Made by a program: the position numbers and the translations under genes. From Eledone cirrhosa (Eukaryota), in assembly GCA_964016885.1 (NCBI GenBank), contig OZ024740.1:137702001-137766000 (forward strand): a DNA stretch of 64,000 bases. Direction: 5' to 3'. This document shows positions 1 through 15,340 of this stretch, piece after piece (the first letter of the stretch is position 1; every line of letters begins with the position of its first letter). Under the pieces are notes generated by a model. The model had not been told where the DNA came from, ran no database searches, and worked only from the letters and a program-made list of their open reading frames with translations.

Positions 1-3000
1 ATCACTTTTCTCTCAATCTCCAATTCTCTCTTTCTCTTGTCACCTTTCCCCCAATCTCCAATTCTCTCTTTCTCTTATCACTTTTCTCTCAATCTCCAAT
101 TCTCTCTTTCTCTTATGACTTTTCCCCCAATCTCCAATTCTCGCTTTCTGTTATCAATTTTCTCTCAATCTCCAATTCTCTCTTTCTCTTATCACTTTTC
201 TCTCAATCTCCAATTCTCTCTTTCTCTTCTCACATTTCCCCCAATCTCCAATTCTCTCTTTCTCTCATCACTTTCTCTCAATCTCCAATTCTCTCTTTCT
301 CTCCTCACTTTTCTCTGAATCTCCAATTCTCTCTTTATCTTCTCACTTTTCTCTCAATCTCCAATCCTCTCTTTCTGTTCTCAGTTTACTCCCAATCTCC
401 AATCCTCTCTTTCTCTCCTCACTTTTCTCTGAATCTCCAATTCTCTCTTTATCTTCTCACTTTTCTCTCAATCTCCAATTCTCTCTTTCTCTTATCACTT
501 ATCCCCCAATCTCCAATTCTCTCTTTCTCTTATAATTTTTCTCTCAATCTCCAATTCTCTCTTTCTCTTATCACTTTTCTCTCACTCTCCAATTCTCTCT
601 TTCTCTTATCACTTTTCCCCCAATCTCCAATTCTCTCTTTCTCTTATCAATTTTCTCTCAATCTCCAATTCTTTCTTTCTCTAATCACTTTTCCCCCAAT
701 CTCCAATTCTTCCTTTCTCTTATCACTTTTCTCTCAATCTCCAATTCTCTCTTTCTCTTATCACTTTCCCCCAATCTCCAATTCTCTCTTTATCTTATCA
801 CTTTTCTCTCAATCTCCAATTCTCTCTTTCTCTTCTCACATTTCCCCCAATCTCCAATTCTCTCTTTCTCTTATCACTTTTCTCTCAATCTCCAATTCTC
901 TCTTTCTCTTATGACTTTTCCCCCAATCTCCAATTCTCTCTTTCTGTTATCAATTTTCTCTCAATCTCCAATTCTTTCTTTCTCTTATCACTTTTCTCTC
1001 AATCTCCAATTCTCTCTTTCTCTTATCACTTTTCCCCCATCTCCAATTCTCCCTTTCTTTTATCACTTTTCTCTCAATCTCCAATTCTCTCTTTCTCTTA
1101 TCACTTTTCTCTCAAACACCAATTCTTTCTTTCTCTTATCACTTTTCTCTCAATCTCCAATTCTCTCTTTCTCTTATCACTTTTCTCTCAATCTCCAATA
1201 CTCCTTTTCACTTATCACTTTTTTCTCAATCTCCAATTCTCTCTTTCTCTTATCACTTTTCTCTCAATCTCCAATTCTCTCTTTCTCTTATCACTTTTCC
1301 CCCAATCTCCAATTCTCTCTTTCTCTTATCACCTTTCCCCCAATCTCCAATTCTCTCTTTCTCTTATCACATTTCTCTCAATCTCCAATTCCCTCTTTCT
1401 CTTATCACTTTTCCCCCAATCTCCAATTCTCTCTTTCTATTATCACTTTTCTCTCAATCTCCAATTCTCTCTTTCTCTTGTCACCTTTCCCCCAATCTCC
1501 AATTCTCTCTTTCTCTTATCACTTTTCTCTCAATCTCCAATTCTCTCTTTCTCTTATGACTTTTCCCCCAATCTCCAATTCTCGCTTTCTGTTATCAATT
1601 TTCTCTCAATCTCCAATTCTCTCTTTCTCTTATCACTTTTCTCTCAATCTCCAATTCTCTCTTTCTCTTCTCACATTTCCCCCAATCTCCAATTCTCTCT
1701 TTCTCTCATCACTTTTCTCTCAATCTCCAATTCTCTCTTTCTCTCCTCACTTTTCTCTGAATCTCCAATTCTCTCTTTATCTTCTCACTTTTCTCTCAAT
1801 CTCCAATCCTCTCTTTCTGTTCTCAGTTTACTCCCAATCTCCAATTCTCTCTTTCTCTCCTCACTTTTCTCTGAATCTCCAATTCTCTCTTTATCTTCTC
1901 ACTTTTCTCTCAATCTCCAATTCTCTCTTTCTCTTATCACTTTTCCCCCAATCTCCAATTCTCTCTTTCTCTTATCACTTTTCTCTCAATCTCCAATTCT
2001 CTCTTTCTCTTATCACTTTTCTCTCACTCTCCAATTCTCTCTTTCTCTTATCACTTTTCCCCCAATCTCCAATTCTCTCTTTCTCTTATCAATTTTCTCT
2101 CAATCTCCAATTCTTTCTTTCTCTAATCACTTTTCCCCCAATCTCCAATTCTCTCTTTCTCTTATCACTTTTCTCTCAATCTCCAATTCTCTCTTTCTCT
2201 TATCACTTTCCCCCAATCTCCAATTCTCTCTTTATCTTATCACTTTTCTCTCAATCTCCAATTCTCTCTTTCTCTTCTCACATTTCCCCCAATCTCCAAT
2301 TCTCTCTTTCTCTCCTAACTTTTCTCTCAATCTCCAATTCTCTCTTAATCTTCTCACTTTTCTCTCAATCTCCAATCCTCTCTTTCTATTCTCAGTTTAC
2401 TCCCAATCTACAATTCTCTCTTTCCCTCATCACTTTTCTCTCAATCTCCAATTCTCTCTTTCTCTTATCACTTTTCCCTCAATCTCCAATTCTCTCTTTC
2501 TCTTATCACTTTTCCCCAATCTCCAATTCTCTCTTTCTATTATCATTTTTCTCTCAATCTCCAATTCTCTCTTTCTCTTATCCCCTTTCCCCCAATCTCC
2601 AATTCTCTCTTTCTCTTATCACTTTTCTCTCAATCTCCAATTCTCTCTTTCTCTTATGACTTTTCCCCCAATCTCCAATTCTCTCTTTCTGTTATCAATT
2701 TTCTCTCAATCTCCAATTCTTTCTTTCTCTTATCACTTTTCTCTCAATCTCCAATTCTCTCTTTCTCTTATCACTTTTCCCCCATCTCCAATTCTCCCTT
2801 TCTTTTATCACTTTTCTCTCAATATCCAATTCTCTCTTTCTCTTATCACTTTTCTCTCAAACACCAATTCTCTCTTTCTCTTATCACTTTTCTCTCAATC
2901 TCCAATTCTCTCTTTCTCTTATCACTTTTCTCTCAATCTCCAATACTCCTTTTCACTTATCTCTTTTTTCTCAATCTCCAATTCTCTCTTTCTCTTATCA

Positions 3001-3150
3001 CTTTTCTCTCAATCTCCAATTCTCTCTTTCTCTTATCACTTTTCCCCCAATCTCCAATTCTCTCTTTCTCTTATCACCTTTCCCCCAATCTCCAATTCTC
3101 TCTTTCTCTTATCACATTTCTCTCAATCTCCAATTCCCTCTTTCTCTTAT
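1..3150. repeat. Higher-order duplication, about 1441-bp unit (38 monomers); second copy has about 303 extra bp (8 monomers)
   Basis: Private variant CTTGTCACC has its G at 39 and 1480, and CTCGCT has its G at 143 and 1584 (offset 1441). Downstream, matching ORF starts at 911 and 2656 give offset 1745. Confidence 0.8.
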
Positions 3151-6100
3151 CATATTTCTCTCAATCTCTAATTCTCTCTTTCTCTTATCTCTTTTCTCTC
3201 AATCTCCAATTCTCTCTTTCACTTATCACTTTTCCCCCCAATCTCCAATTCTCTCTTTCTCTTATCACTTTTCTCTCACTCTCCAATTCTCTCTTTCTCT
3301 TATCACTTTTCCCCCTATCTCCAATTCTCTCTTTCTCTTATCCCTTTTCTCTAAATCTCCAATTCTCTCTTTCTTTTCTCACTTTTCCCCCAATCTCCAA
3401 TTCTGTATTTCTTTACACACAAATCCCTAAATCTACAATTCTCTCTTTCACTTATCAATTTTCTCTCAATCTCCAATTCTCTGTTTCTCTTATCACTTTT
3501 CTCTCAATCTCCAATTCTCTCAATCTCTTATCACTTTTCTCTCAATCTCCAATCCTCTCTTTCTGTTCTCAGTTTACTCCCAATCTCCAATTCTCTCTTT
3601 CTCTTATCACTTTTCTCTCGATCTCCAATTCTCTGTTTCTCTTATCACTTTACCCCCAATCTCCAATTCTCTCTTTCTCTTATCACCTTTCACCCAATCT
3701 TCAATTCTCTCTTTCTCTTATCACTTTTCTCTCAATCTCCAATTCTCTCTTTCTCTTATGACTGTTCCCCCAATCTCCAATTCTCGCTTTCTGTTATCAA
3801 TTTTCTCTCAATCTCCAATTCTCTCTTTCTCTTATCACTTTTCTCTCAATCTCCAATTCTCTCTTTCTCTTCTCACATTTCCCCCAATCTCCAATTCTCT
3901 CTTTCTCTCATCACTTTTCTCTCAATCTCCAATTCTCTCTTTCTATCCTCACATTTCTCTGAATCTCCAATTCTCTCTTTATCTTCTCACTTTTCTCTCA
4001 ATCTCCAATTCTCTCTTTCTCTTATCACTTTTCCCCCATCTCCAATTCTCCCTTTCTTTTATCACTTTTCTCTCAATCTCCAATTCTCTCTTTCTCTTAT
4101 CACTTTTCTCTCAAACACCAATTCTCTCTTTCTCTTATCACTTTTCTCTCAATCTCCAATTCTCTCTTTCTCTTATCACTTTTCTCTCAATCTCCAATTC
4201 TCTCTTTCTCTTCTCACTTTTCCCCCAATCTCCAATTCTCTCTTTCTCTTATCACTTTTCCCCCAATCTCCAATTCTCACTTTCTCTTATCACTTTAACT
4301 CACTCTCCAATTCTCTCTTTCTCTTATCACTTTTCCCCCAATCTCCAATTCTCTCTTTCTCTTATCAATTTTCTCTCAATCTCCAATTCTTTCCTTCTCT
4401 AATCACTTTTCCCCCAATCTCCAATTCTCTCTTTCTCTTATCACTTTTCTCTCAATCTCCAATTCTCCTTTTCACTTATCACTTTTTTCTCAATCTCCAA
4501 TTCTCGCTTTCTCTTATCACTTTTCTCTCAATCTCCAATTCTCTCTTTCTCTTATCACTTTTCCCCCAATCTCCAATTCTCTCTTTCTCTTATCACCTTT
4601 CCCCCAATCTCCAATTCTCTCTTTCTCTTATCACTTTTCTCTCAATCTCCAATTCTCTCTTTCTCTTATGACTTTTCCCCCAATCTCCAATTCTCTCTTT
4701 CTGTTATCAATTTTCTCTCAATCTCCAATTCTTTCTTTCTCTTATCACTTTTCTCTCAATCTCCAATTCTCTCTTTCTCTTATCACTCTTCCCCCATCTC
4801 CAATTCTCTCTTTCTCTGATCACTTTTCTCTCAATCTCCAATTCTCTCTTTCTCTTATCACTTTTCTCTCAATCGCTAATACTCTCTTTCTCTTATTACT
4901 TTTCTCTCAATCTCCAATTCTCTCTTTCTCTTATCACTTATCCCCCAATCTCCAATTCTCTCTTTCTCTTATCACTTTTCTCTCACTCTCCAATTCTCTC
5001 TTTCTCTTATGACTTTTCCCCCAATCTCCAATTCTCTCTTTCTCTTATCACTTTTCTGTCAATCTCCAATTCTCTCTTTCTCTTATGACTTTTCCCCCAA
5101 TCTCCAATTATCTCTTTCTCTTATCACTTTAACTCACTCTCCAATTCTCTCTTTCTCTTATCACTTTTCTCTCCATCTCCAATTCTCTCTTTCTCTTATC
5201 ACTTTTCCCCCAATCTCCAATTCTCTCTTTCTCTTATCACATTTCTCTCAATCTCCAATTCCCTCTTTCTCTAATCACTTTTCCCCCAATCTCCAATTCT
5301 CTCTTTCTCTTATCACTTTTCTCTCAATCTCCAATACTCCTTTTCACTTATCACTTTTTTCTCAATCTGCAATTCTCTCTTTCTCTTATCACTTTTCTCT
5401 CAATCTCCAATTCTCTCTTTCTCTTATCACTTTTCCCCCAATCTCCAATTCTCTCTTTCTCTTATCACCTTTCCCCCAATCTCCAATTCTCTCTTTCTCT
5501 TATCACATTTCTCTCAATCTCCAATTCCCTCTTTCTCTTATCACTTTTCTCTCAATCTCTAATTCTCTCTTTCTCTTATCTCTTTTCTCTCAATCTCCAA
5601 TTCTCTCTTTCACTTATCACTTTTCCCCCCAATCTCCAATTCTCTCTTTCTCTTATCACTTTTCTCTCACTCTCCAATTCTCTCTTTCTCTTATCACTTT
5701 TCCCCCTATCTCCAATTCTCTCTTTCTCTTATCCCTTTTCTCTCAATCTCCAATTCTCTCTTTCTTTTCTCACTTTTCCCCCAATCTCCAATTCTCTCTT
5801 TCTCTTATCACTTTAACTCACTCTCCAATTCTCTCTTTCTCTTATGACTTTTCCCCCAATCTCCAATTCTCTCTTTCTCTTATCAATTTTCTCTCAATCT
5901 CCGATTCTTTCCTTCTCTAATCACTTTTCCCCCAATCTCCAATTCTCTCTTTCTCTTATCACCTTTCCCCCAATCTCCAATTCTCTCTTTCTCTTATCAC
6001 TTTTCTCTCAATCTCCAATTCTCTCTTTCTCTTATGACTTTTCCCCCAATCTCCAATTCTCTCTTTCTGTTATCAATGTTCTCTCAATCTCCAATTCTTT

Positions 6101-6499
6101 CTTTCTCTTATCACTTTTCTCTCAATCTCCAATTCTCTCTTTCTCTTATCACTTTTCCCCCATCTCCAATTCTCTCTTTCTCTGATCACTTTTCTCTCAA
6201 TCTCCAATTCTCTCTTTCTCTTATCACTTTTCTCTCAATCTCCAATTCTCTCTTTCTCTTATGACTTTTCCCCCCTATCTCCAATTCTCTCTTTCTCTTA
6301 TCCCTTTTCTCTCAATCTCCAATTCTCTCTTTCTTTTCTCACTTTTCCCCCAATCTCCAATTCTGTATTTCTCTACACACAAATCCCCAAATCTCCAATT
6401 CTCTCTTTCACTTATCAATTTTCTCTCAATCTCCAATTCTCTCTTTCTCTTATCACTTTTCTCTCAATCTCCAATTCTCTCAATCTCTTTTCACTTTTC

Positions 6500-9400
6500 T
6501 CTCAATCTCCAATCCTCTCTTTCTGTTCTCAGTTTACTCCCAATCTCCAATTCTCTCTTTCTCTCATCACTTTTCTCTCAATCTCCAACTCTCTCTTTCT
6601 CTTATCACTTTTCCCCCAATCTCCAATTCTCTCTTTCTCTTATCACTTTTCTCTCAATCTCCAATTCTCTCTTTCTCTTATACCTTATCTCTCACTCTCC
6701 AATTCTCTCTTTCTCTTATCACTTTTCCCCCAATCTCCAATTCTCTCTTTCTCTCATCACTTTTCTCTCAATCTCCAATTCTCTCTTTCTCTTATCACTT
6801 TTCCCCCAATCTCCAATTCTCTCTTTCTCTTATCACTTTTCTCTCAATCTCCAATTCTCTCTTTCTCTTATCACTTTTCTCTCACTCTCCAATTCTCTCT
6901 TTCTCTTATCACTTTTCCCCCAATCTCCAATTCTCTCTTTCTCTTATCAATTTTCTCTCAATCTCCAATTCTCACTTTCTCTTATCACTTTCCCCCAATC
7001 TCCAATTCTCTCTTTATCTTATCACTTTTCTCTCAATCTCCAATTCTGTCTTCTCTTCTCACATTTCCCCCAATCTCCAATTCTTTCTTTCTCTCATCAC
7101 TTTTCTCTCAATCTTCAATTCTCTCTTTCTCTCCTCACTTTTCTTTCAATCTCCAATTCTCTCTTAATCTTCTCACTTTTCTCTCAATCTCCAATCCTCT
7201 CTTTCTATTCTCAGTTTACTCCCAATCTACAATTCTCTCTTTCCCTCATCACTTTTCTCTCAATCTCCAATTCTCTCTTTCTCTTATCACTTTTCCCCCA
7301 ATCTCCAATTCTCTCTTTCTATTATCACTTTTCTCTCAATCTCCAATTCTCTCTTTCTCTTATCACCTTTCCCCCAATCTCCAATTCTCTCTTTCTCTTA
7401 TCACTTTTCTCTCAATCTCCAATTCTCTCTTTCTCTTATGACTTTTCCCCCAATCTCCAATTCTCTCTTTCTGTTATCAATTTTCTCTCAATCTCCAATT
7501 CTTTCTTTCTCTTATCACTTTTCTCTCAATCTCCAATTCTCTCTTTCTCTTATCACTTTTCCCCCATCTCCAATTCTCCCTTTCTTTTATCACTTTTCTC
7601 TCAATCTCCAACTCTCTCTTTCTCTTATCACTTTTCTCTTAAACACCAATTCTCTCTTTCTCTTATCACTTTTCTCTCAATCTCCAATTCTCTCTTTCTC
7701 TTATCACTTTTCTCTCAATCTCCAATTCTCTCTTTCTCTTCTCACTTTTCCCCCAATCTCCAATTCTCTCTTTCTCTTATCACTTTTCCCCCAATCTCCA
7801 ATTCTCTCTTTCTCTTATCACTTTAACTCACTCTCCAATTCTCTCTTTCTCTTATGACTTTTCCCCCAATCTCCAATTCTCTCTTTCTCTTATCAATTTT
7901 CTCTCAATCTCCGATTCTTTCCTTCTCTAATCACTTTTCCCCCAATCTCCAATTCTCTCTTTCTCTTATCACCTTTCCCCCAATCTCCAATTCTCTCTTT
8001 CTCTTATCACTTTTCTCTCAATCTCCAATTCTCTCTTTCTCTTATGACTTTTCCCCCAATCTCCAATTCTCTCTTTCTGTTATCAATGTTCTCTCAATCT
8101 CCAATTCTTTCTTTCTCTTATCACTTTTCTCTCAATCTCCAATTCTCTCTTTCTCTTATCACTTTTCCCCCATCTCCAATTCTCTCTTTCTCTGATCACT
8201 TTTCTCTCAATCTCCAATTCTCTCTTTCTCTTATCACTTTTCTCTCAATCTCCAATTCTCTCTTTCTCTTATGACTTTTCCCCCCAATCTCCAATTCTCT
8301 CTTTCTCTTATCACTTTTCTCTCACTCTCCAATTCTCTCTTTCTCTTATGACTTTTCCCCCAATCTCCAATTCTCTCTTTCTCTTATCACTTTTCTCTCA
8401 ATCTCCAATTCTCTCTTTCTCTTATGACTTTTCCCCCAATCTCCAATTATCTCTTTCTCTTATCACTTTAACTCACTCTCCGATTCTCTCTTTCTCTTAT
8501 CACTTTTCCCCCAATCTCCAATTCTCTCTTTCTCTTATCAATTTTCTCTCAATCTCCAATTCGTTCATTCTCTAATCCCTTTTCCCCCCAATCTCCAATT
8601 CTCTCTTTCTCTTATCACTTTTCTCTCACTCTCCAATTCTCTCCTTCTCTTATGACTTTTCCCCCAATCTCCAATTCTCTCTTTCTCTTATCACTTTTCT
8701 CTCAATCTCCAATTCTCTCTTTCTCTTATGACTTTTCCCCCAATCTCCAATTATCTCTTTCTCTTATCACTTTAACTCACTCTCCAATTCTCTCTTTCTC
8801 TTATCACTTTTCCCCCAATCTCCAATTCTCTCTTTCTCTTATCAATTTTCTCTCAATCTCCAATTCTTTCTTTCTCTAATCCCTTTTCCCCCAATCTCCA
8901 ATTCTCTCTTTCTCTTATCACTTTTCTCTCAATCTCCAATTCTCTCTTTCTCTTATCACTTTTCCCCCCAATCTCCAATTCTCTCTTTCTCTTATCACCT
9001 TTCCCCCAATCTCCAATTCTCTCTTTCTCTTATCACTTTTCTCTCAATCTCCAATTCCCTCTTTCTCTTATGACTTTTCCCCCAATCTCCAATTCTCTCT
9101 TTCCGTTATCAATTTTCTCTCAATCTCCAATTCTTTCTTTCTCTAATCACTTTTCCCCCAATCTCCAATTCTCTCTTTCTCTTATCACTTTTCTCTCAAT
9201 CTCCAATTCTCTCTTTCTCTTATCACTTTTCCCCCAATCTCCAATTCTCTCTTTCTCTTATCACTTTTCTCTCAATCTCCAATTCTGTCTTTCTATTCTC
9301 ACATTTCCCCCAATCTCCAATTCTCTCTTTCTCTCATCACTTTTCTCTCAATCTCCAATTCTCTCTTTCTCTCCTCAATTTTCTCTGAATCTCCAATCCT

Positions 9401-12400
9401 CTCTTTCTGTTCTCAGTTTACTCCCAATCTACAATCCTCTCTTTCCCTCATCACTTTTCTCTCAATCTCCAATTCTCTCTTTCTCTTATCACTTTTCCCC
9501 CAATCTCCAATTCTCTCTTTCTCTTATCACCTTTCCCCCAATCTCCAATTCTCTCTTTCTCTTATCACATTTCTCTCAATCTCCAATTCCCTCTTTCTCT
9601 TATCACTTTTCTCTCAATCTCTAATTCTCTCTTTCTCTTATCTCTTTTCTCTCAATCTCCAATTCTCTCTTTCACTTATCACTTTTCCCCCCAATCTCCA
9701 ATTCTCTCTTTCTCTTATCACTTTTCTCTCACTCTCCAATTCTCTCTTTCTCTTATCCCTTTTCTCTCAATCTCCAATTCTCTCTTTCTTTTCTCACTTT
9801 TCCCCCAATCTCCAATTCTGTATTTCTCTACACACAAATCCCCAAATCTCCAACTCTCTCTTTCACTTATCAATTTTCTCTCAATCTCCAATTCTCTCTT
9901 TCTCTTATCACTTTTCTCTCAATCTCCAATTCTCTCAATCTCTTATCACTTTTCTCTCAATCTCCAATCCTCTCTTTCTGTTCTCAGTTTACTCCCAATC
10001 TCCAATTCTCTCTTTCTCTTATCACTTTTCTCTCGATCTCCAATTCTCTCTTTCTCTTATCACTTTTCCCCCAATCTCCAATTCTCTCTTTCTATTATCA
10101 CTTTTCTCTCAATCTCCAATTCTCTCTTTCTCTTATCACCTTTCCCCCAATCTCCAATTCTCTCTTTCTCTTATCACTTTTCTCTCAATCTCCAATTCTC
10201 TCTTTCTCTTATGACTTTTCCCCCAATCTCCAATTCTCGCTTTCTGTTATCAATTTTCTCTCAATCTCCAATTCTCTCTTTCTCTTATCACTTTTCTCTC
10301 AATCTCCAATTCTCTCTTTCTCTTCTCACATTTCCCCCAATCTCCAATTCTCTCTTTCTCTCATCACTTTTATCTCAATCTCCAATTCTCTCTTTCTCTC
10401 CTCACTTTTCTCTGAATCTCCAATTCTCTCTTTATCTTCTCACTTTTCTCTTAATCTCCAATCCTCTCTTTCTGTTCTCAGTTTACTCCCAATCTCCAAT
10501 TCTCTCTTTCTATCATCAATTTTCTCTCAATCTCCAATTCTCTCTTTCTCTTATCACTTTTCCCCCAATCTCCAATTCTCTCTTTCTCTTATCACTTTTC
10601 TCTCAATCTCCAATTCTCTCTTTCTCTTATACCTTATCTCTCACTCTCCAATTCTCTCTTTCTCTTATCACTTTTCCCCCAATCTCCAATTCTCTCTTTC
10701 TCTCATCACTTTTCTCTCAATCTCCAATTCTCTCTTTCTCTTATCACTTTTCCCCCCAATCTCCAATTCTCTCTTTCTCTTATCACTTTTCTCTCAATCT
10801 CCAATTCTCTCTTTCTCTTATCACTTTTCTCTTACTCTCCAATTCTCTCTTTCTCTTATCACTTTTCCCCCAATCTCCAATTCTCTCTTTCTCTTATCAA
10901 TTTTCTCTCAATCTCCAATTCTCTCTTTCTCTTATCACTTTCCCCCAATCTCCAATTCTCTCTTTATCTTATCACTTTTCTCTCAATCTCCAATTCTGTC
11001 TTCTCTTCTCACATTTCCCCCAATCTCCAATTCTTTCTTTCTCTCATCACTTTTCTCTCAATCTTCAATTCTCTCTTTCTCTCCTCACTTTTCTTTCAAT
11101 CTCCAATTCTCTCTTAATCTTCTCACTTTTCTCTCAATCTCCAATCCTCTCTTTCTATTCTCAGTTTACTCCCAATCTACAATTCTCTCTTTCCCTCATC
11201 ACTTTTCTCTCAATCTCCAATTCTCTCTTTCTCTTATCACTTTTCCCCCAATCTCCAATTCTCTCTTTCTATTATCACTTTTCTCTCAATCTCCAATTCT
11301 CTCTTTCTCTTATCACCTTTCCCCCAATCTCCAATTCTCTCTTTCTCTTATCACTTTTCTCTCAATCTCCAATTCTCTCTTTCTCTTATGACTTTTCCCC
11401 CAATCTCCAATTCTCTCTTTCTGTTATCAATTTTCTCTCAATCTCCAATTCTTTCTTTCTCTTATCACTTTTCTCTCAATCTCCAATTCTCTCTTTCTCT
11501 TATCACTTTTCCCCCATCTCCAATTCTCCCTTTCTTTTATCACTTTTCTCTCAATCTCCAACTCTCTCTTTCTCTTATCACTTTTCTCTTAAACACCAAT
11601 TCTCTCTTTCTCTTATCACTTTTCTCTCAATCTCCAATTCTCTCTTTCTCTTATCACTTTTCTCTCAATCTCCAATTCTCTCTTTCTCTTCTCACTTTTC
11701 CCCCAATCTCCAATTCTCTCTTTCTCTTATCACTTTTCCCCCAATCTCCAATTCTCTCTTTCTCTTATCACTTTAACTCACTCTCCAATTCTCTCTTTCT
11801 CTTATGACTTTTCCCCCAATCTCCAATTCTCTCTTTCTCTTATCAATTTTCTCTCAATCTCCGATTCTTTCCTTCTCTAATCACTTTTCCCCCAATCTCC
11901 AATTCTCTCTTTCTCTTATCACCTTTCCCCCAATCTCCAATTCTCTCTTTCTCTTATCACTTTTCTCTCAATCTCCAATTCTCTCTTTCTCTTATGACTT
12001 TTCCCCCAATCTCCAATTCTCTCTTTCTGTTATCAATGTTCTCTCAATCTCCAATTCTTTCTTTCTCTTATCACTTTTCTCTCAATCTCCAATTCTCTCT
12101 TTCTCTTATCACTTTTCCCCCATCTCCAATTCTCTCTTTCTCTGATCACTTTTCTCTCAATCTCCAATTCTCTCTTTCTCTTATCACTTTTCTCTCAATC
12201 TCCAATTCTCTCTTTCTCTTATGACTTTTCCCCCCAATCTCCAATTCTCTCTTTCTCTTATCACTTTTCTCTCACTCTCCAATTCTCTCTTTCTCTTATG
12301 ACTTTTCCCCCAATCTCCAATTCTCTCTTTCTCTTATCACTTTTCTCTCAATCTCCAATTCTCTCTTTCTCTTATGACTTTTCCCCCAATCTCCAATTAT

Positions 12401-15340
12401 CTCTTTCTCTTATCACTTTAACTCACTCTCCGATTCTCTCTTTCTCTTATCACTTTTCCCCCAATCTCCAATTCTCTCTTTCTCTTATCAATTTTCTCTC
12501 AATCTCCAATTCGTTCATTCTCTAATCCCTTTTCCCCCCAATCTCCAATTCTCTCTTTCTCTTATCACTTTTCTCTCACTCTCCAATTCTCTCCTTCTCT
12601 TATGACTTTTCCCCCAATCTCCAATTCTCTCTTTCTCTTATCACTTTTCTCTCAATCTCCAATTCTCTCTTTCTCTTATGACTTTTCCCCCAATCTCCAA
12701 TTATCTCTTTCTCTTATCACTTTAACTCACTCTCCAATTCTCTCTTTCTCTTATCACTTTTCCCCCAATCTCCAATTCTCTCTTTCTCTTATCAATTTTC
12801 TCTCAATCTCCAATTCTTTCTTTCTCTAATCCCTTTTCCCCCAATCTCCAATTCTCTCTTTCTCTTATCACTTTTCTCTCAATCTCCAATTCTCTCTTTC
12901 TCTTATCACTTTTCCCCCCAATCTCCAATTCTCTCTTTCTCTTATCACCTTTCCCCCAATCTCCAATTCTCTCTTTCTCTTATCACTTTTCTCTCAATCT
13001 CCAATTCCCTCTTTCTCTTATGACTTTTCCCCCAATCTCCAATTCTCTCTTTCCGTTATCAATTTTCTCTCAATCTCCAATTCTTTCTTTCTCTAATCAC
13101 TTTTCCCCCAATCTCCAATTCTCTCTTTCTCTTATCACTTTTCTCTCAATCTCCAATTCTCTCTTTCTCTTATCACTTTTCCCCCAATCTCCAATTCTCT
13201 CTTTCTCTTATCACTTTTCTCTCAATCTCCAATTCTGTCTTTCTATTCTCACATTTCCCCCAATCTCCAATTCTCTCTTTCTCTCATCACTTTTCTCTCA
13301 ATCTCCAATTCTCTCTTTCTCTCCTCAATTTTCTCTGAATCTCCAATCCTCTCTTTCTGTTCTCAGTTTACTCCCAATCTACAATTCTCTCTTTCCCTCA
13401 TCACTTTTCTCTCAATCTCCAATTCTCTCTTTCTCTTATCACTTTTCCCCCAATCTCCAATTCTCTCTTTCTCTTATCACCTTTCCCCCAATCTCCAATT
13501 CTCTCTTTCTCTTATCACATTTCTCTCAATCTCCAATTCCCTCTTTCTCTTATCACTTTTCTCTCAATCTCTAATTCTCTCTTTCTCTTATCTCTTTTCT
13601 CTCAATCTCCAATTCTCTCTTTCACTTATCACTTTTCCCCCCAATCTCCAATTCTCTCTTTCTCTTATCACTTTTCTCTCACTCTCCAATTCTCTCTTTC
13701 TCTTATCCCTTTTCTCTCAATCTCCAATTCTCTCTTTCTTTTCTCACTTTTCCCCCAATCTCCAATTCTGTATTTCTCTACACACAAATCCCCAAATCTC
13801 CAACTCTCTCTTTCACTTATCAATTTTCTCTCAATCTCCAATTCTCTCTTTCTCTTATCACTTTTCTCTCAATCTCCAATTCTCTCAATCTCTTATCACT
13901 TTTCTCTCAATCTCCAATCCTCTCTTTCTGTTCTCAGTTTACTCCCAATCTCCAATTCTCTCTTTCTCTTATCACTTTTCTCTCGATCTCCAATTCTCTC
14001 TTTCTCTTATCACTTTTCCCCCAATCTCCAATTCTCTCTTTCTATTATCACTTTTCTCTCAATCTCCAATTCTCTCTTTCTCTTATCACCTTTCCCCCAA
14101 TCTCCAATTCTCTCTTTCTCTTATCACTTTTCTCTCAATCTCCAATTCTCTCTTTCTCTTATGACTTTTCCCCCAATCTCCAATTCTCGCTTTCTGTTAT
14201 CAATTTTCTCTCAATCTCCAATTCTCTCTTTCTCTTATCACTTTTCTCTCAATCTCCAATTCTCTCTTTCTCTTCTCACATTTCCCCCAATCTCCAATTC
14301 TCTCTTTCTCTCATCACTTTTATCTCAATCTCCAATTCTCTCTTTCTCTCCTCACTTTTCTCTGAATCTCCAATTCTCTCTTTATCTTCTCACTTTTCTC
14401 TTAATCTCCAATCCTCTCTTTCTGTTCTCAGTTTACTCCCAATCTCCAATTCTCTCTTTCTATCATCAATTTTCTCTCAATCTCCAATTCTCTCTTTCTC
14501 TTATCACTTTTCCCCCAATCTCCAATTCTCTCTTTCTCTTATCACTTTTCTCTCAATCTCCAATTCTCTCTTTCTCTTATACCTTATCTCTCACTCTCCA
14601 ATTCTCTCTTTCTCTTATCACTTTTCCCCCAATCTCCAATTCTCTCTTTCTCTCATCACTTTTCTCTCAATCTCCAATTCTCTCTTTCTCTTATCACTTT
14701 TCCCCCCAATCTCCAATTCTCTCTTTCTCTTATCACTTTTCTCTCAATCTCCAATTCTCTCTTTCTCTTATCACTTTTCTCTTACTCTCCAATTCTCTCT
14801 TTCTCTTATCACTTTTCCCCCAATCTCCAATTCTCTCTTTCTCTTATCAATTTTCTCTCAATCTCCAATTCTCTCTTTCTCTTATCACTTTCCCCCAATC
14901 TCCAATTCTCTCTTTATCTTATCACTTTTCTCTCAATCTCCAATTCTGTCTTCTCTTCTCACATTTCCCCCAATCTCCAATTCTTTCTTTCTCTCATCAC
15001 TTTTCTCTCAATCTTCAATTCTCTCTTTCTCTCCTCACTTTTCTTTCAATCTCCAATTCTCTCTTAATCTTCTCACTTTTCTCTCAATCTCCAATCCTCT
15101 CTTTCTATTCTCAGTTTACTCCCAATCTACAATTCTCTCTTTCCCTCATCACTTTTCTCTCAATCTCCAATTCTCTCTTTCTCTTATCACTTTTCCCCCA
15201 ATCTCCAATTCTCTCTTTCTATTATCACTTTTCTCTCAATCTCCAATTCTCTCTTTCTCTTATCACCTTTCCCCCAATCTCCAATTCTCTCTTTCTCTTA
15301 TCACTTTTCTCTCAATCTCCAATTCTCTCTTTCTCTTATA
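6500..15340. repeat. Higher-order repeat, 3950-bp unit (104 monomers); two full copies plus a partial third
   Basis: Matching ORF pairs at constant offset 3950: 7438/11388, 7854/11804, 8044/11994, 8348/12298, 8652/12602, 9070/13020, 10211/14161. TCGA occurs at 10033 and 13983. Confidence 0.92.
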